Source: Gammaproteobacteria bacterium (GTDB lineage Bacteria > Pseudomonadota > Gammaproteobacteria > Eutrophobiales > Eutrophobiaceae). From it: a stretch of DNA of 64,000 nucleotides. The notes below the pieces were generated by a model. That model searched no databases. It saw only the letters and a program-made list of their open reading frames with translations, and was not told where the DNA came from. Of this stretch, positions 55,664 to 64,000 are shown one piece after another (position 1 is the stretch's first letter; every line of letters begins with the position of its first letter). The position numbers and the translations under genes are program-made. The stretch spans positions 32,001 to 96,000 of the forward strand of contig CAXMWX010000001.1 in NCBI GenBank assembly GCA_963422205.2. The letters run 5' to 3'.

Positions 55664-56259
55664 ACCAATATTGGTTCTATATGTTTAAAGAAATGTTCAT
55701 ATAGCGGGGCTGGGTCGCCAGCATTCCGCCAGAAGAAAAAGTGGCCTTCCCTATTATGATACCAGCAGGTTACCTCTCTTGCCCTACAGGGGTCTCTTGT
55801 GATATTGCCTTGAAAAACAGTCCAAAAGGGAAGCGCATCATCATTAATGTTACCTTTCTCTCGAAGAATCTTTAGAAGCCCGGGGGCGAAGAACTTGCAT
55901 GATCTTTCGTGGGCATTGCCACGACCATCTGAACGCTTGCCTCCTTCTACCCAGCCGTCTTGGCGTTTGACCTCTACATACATGGTTTTCTCTGTTTCGG
56001 TATTATCTATTGCATAATCAGGGAAAACACCATGTTTGGTTATCGTTTCTGGCGGGTTGTATATTTCACTTTTTACTTGCTCTGAAAGTTCAACATCAAG
56101 ATAAATTTTGCTAAATTCTTTTGGTTTAGCTCGTATTGTAAATTCCGTATCAGCAAACAAAGTTTGAAAAGCCACCAGGAAATCATTTTCCGCAGCACTG
56201 GCATTTCTTCCGCTGTAGTGTTGCCATTTTCTCCTCAGACGATTATCTGTGCTTCCCAT
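55660..56259 (-). CDS. Type II restriction endonuclease, MunI-like (MunI cuts CAATTG)
   Basis: PDYAIDN...EVKRQDGWVEG...GRGNAHERSCK..PGLL...LPFW.VF.G.ITRDP closely recalls MunI. Confidence 0.88.
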   Translation of the reverse strand: MGSTDNRLRRKWQHYSGRNASAAENDFLVAFQTLFADTEFTIRAKPKEFSKIYLDVELSEQVKSEIYNPPETITKHGVFPDYAIDNTETEKTMYVEVKRQDGWVEGGKRSDGRGNAHERSCKFFAPGLLKILREKGNINDDALPFWTVFQGNITRDPCRAREVTCWYHNREGHFFFWRNAGDPAPLYEHFFKHIEPILV

Positions 56260-56508
56260 TATTCATTGATCCTCAGCAAGGTAGAAAGTGATACATTCAA
56301 CGCTTTAGCAATTTGATAAACATTAAGAAGAGTAATATTCTCCAGCTCCCCGTTCTATCATGCTGTAATAGGTGCGATGAAGCCCAGCCTTATCCGCAAG
56401 CTGTTCCTGAGATAAGCTTTGCGCTTTTCTTGTGCTGCGGACTCGGCTTCCGAAAGAGGATAAAATTTTCTCATCTTTATTTTTCACGGTGTTCTCTCTA
56501 AGTCGCAT
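56259..56508 (-). pseudogene. R-M controller (C) gene with a +1 frameshift
   Basis: FGSRVR...SQEQLADKAGLHRTYYSMIERG, then a shift; the other frame continues NITLLNVYQIAKALNVSLSTLLRINE* with a TAATG overlap onto the REase start. Confidence 0.8.
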
Positions 56509-56520
56509 CGCATTAGATAA

Positions 56521-57429
56521 CTAAGGCCGTTGAAACTTCACCTCATGCGGTCTTAGTGTTGTCAGACATTCGCTGCACACCACGCGGGCGCGCAATCGGC
56601 GTTTGCATGGCGTGTGTGTTAAGAGCAGCGGCGCCTTGCCGGGTGCGGCCAACCAGCGATCGCCCCATTGCAACATGGCGATGATTGACGGGTACAGGTC
56701 GATGCCAGTGGCCGTCAACACATATTCATGCCGTGGGGGCCGGGTCTGGTATTGACGCCTTGCCAGCAGATCGCTTTTGACCAGCCGCTTGATACGATCG
56801 GTCAGTATATTCGTTGCTATTTTTTGCTGTTTACGCATCTCATCAAACCGGCGGATGCGAAAGAAGGCCATCGCCAGAATCAACGCCGCCCAGCGATCGC
56901 CCAGGATATCGCACATCGTATACAGATCTGCCCCGATTTCCTTGGAACGGCGTGTACGCTGGGGGGCGCAGCGGGACTCATAGCCAGCCCCCGGGCCGTC
57001 TTTATAGCGAACATCGTACGCACTTAACTCGCCCCCGCAATGTGAGCACACCATAAGCGGCTGCATCAACTGGCCACAGGATTGATGGTACAGGCTGCGG
57101 GGGTGTGCGATCCGGTGGCGGTGCCAGCGCTCCTCCCAGCACCACCCCATCAGGGCGCAGGGGTAGAGTTCCCGCCCCATCCGGGTCAGGTGATATTCAT
57201 AGCGCCTTGGTCGGTCATGGTAACGTGTTCTGTGCATCAAGCCGTTTTTTAGCAGGTGTTGCAAGCGGTTGCTCAAGGTACTCCTGGCGGTGGCCATGCT
57301 CGCCTGCCACTCGCCAAAGCGCTTTACCCCGACAAAGGCATACTCCAGGATGATCAAGGTGGTGCGGTCGCCGATGATGCCGAGGGCGCGATACACCGAG
57401 CTGGCCTGGATCTGATTCTTGAGCGCCAT
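56521..57429 (-). CDS. Tandem double-HxlR winged-helix transcriptional regulator
   Basis: Two repeats of (I/L)GDR...RF...L..R...RP.R.EY.LT..G..LYP...W..RW, each followed by H-x2-C...C-x2-C. Confidence 0.9.
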   Translation of the reverse strand: MALKNQIQASSVYRALGIIGDRTTLIILEYAFVGVKRFGEWQASMATARSTLSNRLQHLLKNGLMHRTRYHDRPRRYEYHLTRMGRELYPCALMGWCWEERWHRHRIAHPRSLYHQSCGQLMQPLMVCSHCGGELSAYDVRYKDGPGAGYESRCAPQRTRRSKEIGADLYTMCDILGDRWAALILAMAFFRIRRFDEMRKQQKIATNILTDRIKRLVKSDLLARRQYQTRPPRHEYVLTATGIDLYPSIIAMLQWGDRWLAAPGKAPLLLTHTPCKRRLRARVVCSECLTTLRPHEVKFQRP

Positions 57430-57464
57430 GGCAGCACCATACTGACTTGGACGAAAACCGCAAT

Positions 57465-57514
57465 TTGTATCTCTGCCGGACGGATGCTATAGTCAGTCTT
57501 TTTATGCAAGTCAC
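57465..57514 (+). promoter_or_regulatory. Sigma70 promoter immediately followed by shared operator copy 3
   Basis: TTGTAT (57465), 17 bp, TATAGT (57488, extended TGn); AGTCTTTTTATGCAAGTCAC at 57495-57514, whose reverse complement is 19/20 identical to copy 1. Confidence 0.72.
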
Positions 57515-57589
57515 ACGGGCGATCCGGCAAAGCACCGCCGCTGCCATGGGCCTGATGATGACATCACAACTTGTAGGGAGGCCCCGGAT

Positions 57590-58801
57590 ATGCGACAGGC
57601 CGTTATCCTAGATGCCGTGAGAACGCCGCGTGGTGCTGCCCGTCGCTGGGGCGCCTTGCGGGCGGTGAAGGCCGTTGATCTGTTAGGGCCGCTCTACCAT
57701 GCCTTGTCTGCCAGGGGTTCGCTGGATGTTGAACAGGTGGAAGAGATCATCCTGGGCTGTGTGACGCAGGTGGGTGATCAGGGCGCCAACATTGCCCGCA
57801 TCTCATCCCTGCACATCGGCTGGCCGGAGGGCATCGCCGGGCAGACCATCAACAGCTTTTGTACCTCTGCGCTCACCGCCGTGGCCACCGCCGCCGCCCA
57901 CATCCAGGCCGGCCATACGGACATGGCCATCGCTGGCGGGGTTGAGTCCATGTCCAGGGCGCCGATGATGTCCGATGAGGGTGCCTGGTATCGCGATCCT
58001 GTCATCATGCAAAGCACGCGCTTTGTGCCGCTGGGCGTTGCTGCTGATCTGCTTGCCAGCCTGGCCGGATTTACCCGGGAACAACTGGATGAATACGCCT
58101 GTGAATCGCATCGGCGCGCTGCACGGGCGCAGGCTGCCGGCTGTTTTGATCGATCGCTTGTGCCGGTGAGGGACGTTGGGGGCGGCATTTTGCTGGACCG
58201 GGATGAGATGATACGCCGGGATGTGTCTATGGAGAGCCTGGCTGCACTCGCCCCGGCCTTTGCGGCGGCTGGTGCTGAGGGGGCTGATCGCCTGGCCTTG
58301 CAACGCTACCTGGTGCTGGAGAAGATCGCACATTTGCACACCGCGGGCAGCTCGCCGGCGATGGTGGACGGGGCGGCGCTTATCTTGCTGGCTGACCGAG
58401 AAGCGGCCGAGGCACAGGGGCTGACCCCGCGGGCCAGGGTCGTGACCACGGCCAGCGCTGCGGTCGAGCCGATCATCATGCTGACCGCCGGCAAGCTGGC
58501 GACCCGCCGGGCGCTGGCGAAAGCCGACTTGTCAGTAAGCGATATCGACCTGTTTGAATGCAACGAAGGCTTTGCCGCCGTACCGCTTGACTACCAGCGT
58601 GATTTGAACATCAGCCGGGCGCAGCTGAATGTCAACGGCGGTGCGATCGCCATGGGACATCCGATGGGCGCATCGGGTGCCATTCTGCTCGGCACCCTGC
58701 TGGATGAGCTGGAGCGGCGCGAGCAGCGCTTTGGTCTGGCAGCGCTGTGTGGTGGGGCTGGCCTTGGCGCGGCGATGCTGATTGAACGCCTGCCGTCATG
58801 A
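57590..58801 (+). CDS. Acetyl-CoA C-acyltransferase (thiolase)
   Basis: NSFCTS catalytic Cys, NEGF, GHPMGASG, LCGGAG. Confidence 0.93.
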   Translation: MRQAVILDAVRTPRGAARRWGALRAVKAVDLLGPLYHALSARGSLDVEQVEEIILGCVTQVGDQGANIARISSLHIGWPEGIAGQTINSFCTSALTAVATAAAHIQAGHTDMAIAGGVESMSRAPMMSDEGAWYRDPVIMQSTRFVPLGVAADLLASLAGFTREQLDEYACESHRRAARAQAAGCFDRSLVPVRDVGGGILLDRDEMIRRDVSMESLAALAPAFAAAGAEGADRLALQRYLVLEKIAHLHTAGSSPAMVDGAALILLADREAAEAQGLTPRARVVTTASAAVEPIIMLTAGKLATRRALAKADLSVSDIDLFECNEGFAAVPLDYQRDLNISRAQLNVNGGAIAMGHPMGASGAILLGTLLDELERREQRFGLAALCGGAGLGAAMLIERLPS

Positions 58802-59232
58802 GCAGGGAGAGGTTTATCGGTAGCTGGAATCTGCATCGCTGGATCATCACCTCTAATGGCACGTCCCGCCATCCCTTCGGTGAGGATGCTGGCGGGCTGT
58901 TGCTGTATACCGATGATGGCTGCATGGCCGTGGTGATCAACAAGCCGGCGGTTCTGGCGATTCCAGCGGGCAGCCCGTACCGTTTGCCCGATACACAAAA
59001 AGCCCGCTTGTTTGATCACTGTTTTGCCTATGCCGGCCAGTGGCGGCTTGAGGACAATCAGGTGATCCATCGCATACAGCAGGCCGATAATCCCCATCTT
59101 ATCGGCAGCCAGCAAAGCCGAACATTCGCATTTGCGGATAATCAGCTTATTCTATCGGCAATGGAGGAGATTGCCGGCAAAGAAAGCCGATGGCATCGGC
59201 TCATCTGGGTAAGGGTGGCCGGGCGAAGATGA
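58798..59232 (+). CDS. Lipocalin-like domain protein
   Basis: FIGSWNL, PFG...G.LLYT.DG.M, AYAG.W, V.H...P..IG..Q.R. Confidence 0.78.
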   Translation: MSRERFIGSWNLHRWIITSNGTSRHPFGEDAGGLLLYTDDGCMAVVINKPAVLAIPAGSPYRLPDTQKARLFDHCFAYAGQWRLEDNQVIHRIQQADNPHLIGSQQSRTFAFADNQLILSAMEEIAGKESRWHRLIWVRVAGRR

Positions 59233-59408
59233 ATGCTGCGCTTTTTCTCTTACACATCAGGGCACGCCGGTGCCGGTACGCCATTGAAGAGCGCACTGGC
59301 CTTTTTGCTGATGATGCGAAAGCAATCCGGCCTCCCGCCGTCCATGCCGTCAGGCCAGGCACCCCGCCGGGCTTATAAGGGCCGGGCAAAAACGGGGAAG
59401 GCGAGCGG

Positions 59409-61103
59409 ATGATCCTGCATAACCAGGCGTTGATTGATGAGTATACCGGCAAGGGCTGGTGGCGGAGGCAGACCTTTATCGATTTATTTCTACAGCAGCT
59501 TACCGCCCACCCGGACGAGATCGCCCTCTTGGATCCGCCCAACCGGGCGGATTTCACCAGCGGCGCCAGCCAGCACTTGACCTACCGGGATATTGCCCGG
59601 CGGGTCGATGCCCTGGCCGGCAGGCTGGTTACGCTGGGGGCGGGGGGCGATGATATTGCGGTTATTCAACTGCCCAACATCGTCGAGCTTGTCATTGCGC
59701 TGCTCGCCTGTGCCAGGATCGGCATCATCGCCAGCCCGGTGGCGGTGGGCTACCGCCAATATGAGTTAAGCAATATTCTGTCAATCGCCAGGCCGAGGTT
59801 TTTTATCACCATCGATCGCTTCAAGGAACAGCAACTCGCGGCGACCGCGCACACCCTTATCGGCCAATCCTCGCAGGTACATGTGTTGTCCTGGGGTGAG
59901 GTGGGTGCGCCCATCCATGCGCTGGATGATCTGCCCCCAGCAGCGGCCACGGCGCTGGCTGATTATCTGGACACTTGTCAACTGACGGCGAATGATATTA
60001 TCACCGCTGCCTGGACATCCGGCACCACGGCCGAGCCAAAAGCTGTGCTGAGAAGTCATAACAACTGGTATGTCAGCAGCCGGGCGGTGATTGAGGCGGC
60101 CCGGCTGGTCGAGGGCGATATCCTGCTCTGCCCCCTGCCCATGATCAATATGGGCGCGATCAGTGGCTTTCTGGTACCCTGGTTAGAGTTAAGGAGCACC
60201 CTGGTGCTGCATCATCCGTTTGATCTGGCGGTCTATCTGCGGCAACTGGAAGACGAGCGGGTTGCCTATACCATTGCCCCGCCTGCCATATTGAACGCCC
60301 TGCTAAAAAACAAGGCACAGCTGGATGCCATCGATTTGCGCTGTCTGCGTGCTGTCGCCTCGGGCGCTGCCCCGCTGTCCCCGTGGATGGTGAAGACCTA
60401 TCAGGAGGATTATGCCATTGATGTGATCAATTTCTTTGGCTCCAATGAGGGGATTGCCCTGGCCTCCAGCCGGCATGATGTGCCTGATCCTGCACACCGC
60501 GCAGACTATTTCCCTCGCTGGGGCGTTGAGGGGATTGACTGGCCTGCCAGTCTCTCCCGGATGAATGCGACCAAACTGGTTGATATGGCAACAGGGGAGA
60601 TAATCACCGAAGCCGGGCAGCCGGGCGAGTTGATGATCCGGGGGCCGGGGGTCTTCCCCGCCTACCTGAACCGACCGGCGTTGACCCGGGCAGCCTTTGA
60701 TGCGGCGGGTTTTCATCGCACCGGTGATGTCTTTATGATCGCTGGTGAGGGCGAGCTGAGTCGGTTTTATCGATTCATCGATCGCTGCAAGGACATTATT
60801 ATCCGGGGCGGCATGAATATCTCTCCCAGTGAACTCGATGCCTTGCTGGCCGGTCATCCGCTGCTGACAGAAGCTGCCGTGGCCGCTTACCCGGATGCTG
60901 ATCTGGGCGAGCGGGTGGCCGTGTTTGCGGTGGCAAGATCAGCAGAAGCGCCGACTTTGGAGGACATTGTCAGCTATCTGAAGGCAAAACAGATCGCCGT
61001 ATTCAAGCTGCCGGAGAGGCTGGTGCTGCTGGAGAGCCTGCCCCGAAATGCGATGAATAAAGTGCTGAGGCGTGAACTTGTCCGTTTTATTGATCAGACA
61101 TGA
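59409..61103 (+). CDS. Acyl-CoA synthetase/AMP-binding ligase
   Basis: WTSGTTAEPK, FGSNEG, HRTGD, RCKDIIIRGG, PRNAMNK. Confidence 0.92.
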   Translation: MILHNQALIDEYTGKGWWRRQTFIDLFLQQLTAHPDEIALLDPPNRADFTSGASQHLTYRDIARRVDALAGRLVTLGAGGDDIAVIQLPNIVELVIALLACARIGIIASPVAVGYRQYELSNILSIARPRFFITIDRFKEQQLAATAHTLIGQSSQVHVLSWGEVGAPIHALDDLPPAAATALADYLDTCQLTANDIITAAWTSGTTAEPKAVLRSHNNWYVSSRAVIEAARLVEGDILLCPLPMINMGAISGFLVPWLELRSTLVLHHPFDLAVYLRQLEDERVAYTIAPPAILNALLKNKAQLDAIDLRCLRAVASGAAPLSPWMVKTYQEDYAIDVINFFGSNEGIALASSRHDVPDPAHRADYFPRWGVEGIDWPASLSRMNATKLVDMATGEIITEAGQPGELMIRGPGVFPAYLNRPALTRAAFDAAGFHRTGDVFMIAGEGELSRFYRFIDRCKDIIIRGGMNISPSELDALLAGHPLLTEAAVAAYPDADLGERVAVFAVARSAEAPTLEDIVSYLKAKQIAVFKLPERLVLLESLPRNAMNKVLRRELVRFIDQT

Positions 61104-61122
61104 TTGCGCCCTTGTCAAAGGG

Positions 61123-61650
61123 CTATCTGCGCTTCAACAACACGTACACCGCCCCGCTGCCGCCATCCTCCCGCCTGGCTTCGCAATAAGCAAGCACCTC
61201 TGGACAACGTTGCAGCCAGGCTGGCAGCTTGCTTTTCAGTACCGGTTGGCCTTCAGATGAGTGTGTTCCCTTGCCGGGAATAATCAGCACGCAACGCGTG
61301 TCGCTGGCTTGGCAGTGCATGATAAACGCCGTCACCGTCGATTCCGCTTCCCTGGCAGTGAAGCCATGCAGGTTGAGCTCACCCTCAACCGGAATCTTCC
61401 CGCGCCGCAATTTATCTAACACCCGCTTTTGTACGCCGTCTTTTCTATAGTGCATGGGTTTGTCGTGCTGTTTCTCATTGATGACATCGGGCGCCGGGCT
61501 GGCGCTGGTGCGCTGATCCGTATCATCGCCCTGATGCACTACTGGCCGGGCGGCAGGTCTGGAGGGGCGTAAAATGACCGTATCCGGCGGTTTGATTCTA
61601 ATGACCGGGCCGACCATGCGCCCGAAGTCCTTATCCTGCTCTGTGCTCAC
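61123..61650 (-). CDS. Smr domain protein (SmrA-like)
   Basis: KLRRG...LNLHG...CVLIIPGKG...VLAYCEA...GGSGAVYVLL. Confidence 0.88.
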   Translation of the reverse strand: MSTEQDKDFGRMVGPVIRIKPPDTVILRPSRPAARPVVHQGDDTDQRTSASPAPDVINEKQHDKPMHYRKDGVQKRVLDKLRRGKIPVEGELNLHGFTAREAESTVTAFIMHCQASDTRCVLIIPGKGTHSSEGQPVLKSKLPAWLQRCPEVLAYCEARREDGGSGAVYVLLKRR

Positions 61651-61665
61651 CGGGTTGTGCCGTGA

Positions 61666-62616
61666 TTAAAAATAGCTTTGTAAATCCATGCCGTGATACA
61701 GCGAGGCGACTTGCTCGGCATAGCCATTGAACGGCAGGGTCTTGCGCTTGAACAAATCGCCTATGCGCCGCTCTCTGGCCTGGCTCCAGCGCGGGTGATC
61801 AACCGCCGGATTGACATTGGCATAAAAACCATACTCGTGCGGTGCGGACTCATGCCAGCTTGTCAGGGGTTGTTTTTCGGTAAAACGCAGGCTGGCGATC
61901 GATTTCACGCTCTTAAAGCCATATTTCCACGGCACGATCAGGCGCACCGGGGCGCCGTTCTGGTTCGGCAACTCCTCGCCGTACAGGCCGATCACCAGCA
62001 GGGTGAGGGGGTGCATGGCCTCATCCATACGCAGCCCCTCCCGATAGGGCCAGTTCAGCACCCGCCGCCGCAGGCCGGGCATCTCCTTTGGTCGCATGAC
62101 GGTGATGAACTCCACATACCTGGCATTATTGAGCGGCTTGAAGCGTTTCAGCACATCAGCCAGCGGTATGCCCACCCAGGGGATGACCATAGACCACGCC
62201 TCCACGCAACGCAGCCGGCAGATGCGCTCCTCCAGCGTATGTGGCCGGATAATATCCTCCAGATCATACGTGCCCGGTCGTTCACATTCGCCGGTCACGG
62301 TGATTGACCAGGGCCTGGGTTTGAACTTGCCGGAGTTTTTGGCCGGGTCGGATTTATCGGTGCCGAACTCGTAGAAATTATTGTATGAGGTGACGGCATC
62401 CCAGGGGGTCAGCTCCTCGGTGGTGGAGTATCGATTGTTTTTAACCGAGGTCAGCTTGTTTTTTGTCTGTGCTTGGCCGGATTGGGGCACCAGCGCACCC
62501 GTACCCAGCGCCGCGGCGGTGGTCATGGCCTGCTGCACAAACCGGCGGCGATTAAGCCAGGCAGCCTGTGGCGTGATTTCGGAAGGGGCGATATCGGCGG
62601 TAGGTTTAATCAGCAT
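61666..62616 (-). CDS. msrP: Periplasmic methionine sulfoxide reductase catalytic subunit
   Basis: Tat signal [36 protein letters not shown]. Confidence 0.96.
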   Translation of the reverse strand: MLIKPTADIAPSEITPQAAWLNRRRFVQQAMTTAAALGTGALVPQSGQAQTKNKLTSVKNNRYSTTEELTPWDAVTSYNNFYEFGTDKSDPAKNSGKFKPRPWSITVTGECERPGTYDLEDIIRPHTLEERICRLRCVEAWSMVIPWVGIPLADVLKRFKPLNNARYVEFITVMRPKEMPGLRRRVLNWPYREGLRMDEAMHPLTLLVIGLYGEELPNQNGAPVRLIVPWKYGFKSVKSIASLRFTEKQPLTSWHESAPHEYGFYANVNPAVDHPRWSQARERRIGDLFKRKTLPFNGYAEQVASLYHGMDLQSYF

Positions 62617-62679
62617 GTTATGGGCCTGCTTGTCGTGTTGGTGTTTACATCAGAATACAGCTTGACAGGTTTTGTTCAT

Positions 62680-64000
62680 TCATGCCAGCCAGCGACGGGC
62701 ATTATGGAACATCTGCATCCAGGGGCTCTCCTCCTGCCGCCAGTTTGGATCATGCCAGGAGAGCTGCCGGCACAAAAATACCCGCTCCGGGTGCGGCATC
62801 ATGATCGTGAAGCGGCCATCATCGCTGGTAAACCCGTTCACCCCGCCCGCCGAGCCGTTGGGGTTGGCCGGATACGCTATCGTTGGCTGGCCGGTATTGT
62901 CAACATAGCGCACGACCGGCAGTGACTGTTGTCCCGGTGCAATGAAATGCGTCTGCCCCTCGGCATGGGCCACCACCACCGGGAGTTTTGCGCCCTGCAT
63001 CCCGGCAAAAAACAACGATGGCGATGCCAGGATCTCGACCATTACCAGGCGGGATTCGAACCGCCCGGAGCGATTGGCGGCAAACTGTGGCCAGTGGGCG
63101 GCCCCGGGCAGTAACTCCCGCAGTTGCGAGAGCATCTGGCAGCCGTTGCATACCCCCAGGGCAAAGCTGTCGGTGCGTTCAAAGAACTGCTGGAATTGCT
63201 CCCGCGAGCGCAGATTGAATAAAATCGATTTCGCCCAGCCGCCGCCAGCACCCAGCACATCGCCGTAGGAAAATCCACCACAGGCCACCAGCCCCTGTAA
63301 CCCCGTCAGGCCTTGCTCGCCGCTGTTAAGATCACTGATATGCAGATCAAGGCAGTCAAACCCTGCCCGCTCAAAGGCGGCGGCCATCTCGACTTGCCCG
63401 TTGACGCCCTGCTCTCTGAGGATGCCTATCGTTGGCCGTGCCTGGCCGGTAAGCGCCGGTGCGGCAGTCACAGTAAACGGCACCGAGAAAAACAGCCCCG
63501 GATCATCCATATCCTGCAGGGCCAGGTACTCTTCACGGGCGCAGGCAGGATTGTCGCGCAGCGCCTGTATCTGACAGGTTGTGCTTGACCAGAGTCCGTG
63601 CAGCGCTGCCAGCCCCGCCTCATACAGCACCGCCTGCTGATGGTGGATGCGGATGGATTTCGCCCGGTTGGGTGTGGCGATGATTCGGATGCAGTCAGCC
63701 GGCAGACCGGCCTCGATGAAGGCCCTATGCACGGTTTGCATATCGGCCTGCCTGATCTGCAACACAGCGCCGGCTTCCTCATTGAACAGCAAGGCGATCG
63801 GATCGGCCTCCTCATGCAGCTCGATATCCAGCCCCAGCCGGCCAGCAAAGGCCATCTCGGTAAGGCAGACAAACAGGCCGCCATCCGAGCGATCATGATA
63901 GGCCAGGATATAAGCGGCCTCGTTCAGCAACTGCACGGCATTGAAGAAGGCAATTAATAAGTGGCTGTCGTCAATGTCCGGGGGGGTATACCCATGCCGG
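62680..64000 (-). CDS. purL: Phosphoribosylformylglycinamidine synthase, large type, 3' part
   Basis: HDRSDGG, LREQGVNG, GGFSYGD, GVCNGCQ, MMPHPER; frame stays open to the window edge. Confidence 0.96.
   Translation of the reverse strand, partial: RHGYTPPDIDDSHLLIAFFNAVQLLNEAAYILAYHDRSDGGLFVCLTEMAFAGRLGLDIELHEEADPIALLFNEEAGAVLQIRQADMQTVHRAFIEAGLPADCIRIIATPNRAKSIRIHHQQAVLYEAGLAALHGLWSSTTCQIQALRDNPACAREEYLALQDMDDPGLFFSVPFTVTAAPALTGQARPTIGILREQGVNGQVEMAAAFERAGFDCLDLHISDLNSGEQGLTGLQGLVACGGFSYGDVLGAGGGWAKSILFNLRSREQFQQFFERTDSFALGVCNGCQMLSQLRELLPGAAHWPQFAANRSGRFESRLVMVEILASPSLFFAGMQGAKLPVVVAHAEGQTHFIAPGQQSLPVVRYVDNTGQPTIAYPANPNGSAGGVNGFTSDDGRFTIMMPHPERVFLCRQLSWHDPNWRQEESPWMQMFHNARRWLA

Overview
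GC-rich, probably marine gammaproteobacterial chromosome segment. Housekeeping blocks: aceEF, an M17 aminopeptidase, a moxR-DUF58-vWA-batD operon, pgpA, oadGAB, pyrG-kdsA-eno-ftsB-ispD-ispF, fhs, tag, msrP and purL (partial). Two AT-rich type II restriction-modification cassettes share an M-> <-R <-C layout. The ScaI-like cassette sits inside a broken type III res gene, and the MunI-like cassette has a frameshifted controller gene. A dead DDE transposase is interrupted by five 23-30 bp palindromic repeat insertions. There is a fused DUF1538 membrane protein with two PII-like proteins, and several lipid/aromatic catabolic modules. The strongest unexplained signal is a 20-bp asymmetric motif (GTNACTTGCATWAWAAKACT) at the promoters of three separated loci: the TonB receptor-nitronate monooxygenase-carotenoid oxygenase operon (divergent from a thiolase/ACAD/kinase block), a tannase-family esterase, and a thiolase-lipocalin-CoA ligase operon. 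One copy is next to a tandem double-HxlR regulator, which suggests an undescribed catabolic regulon. No rRNA, tRNA or CRISPR array was seen. All family assignments come from motif recognition by eye; no database searches were run.
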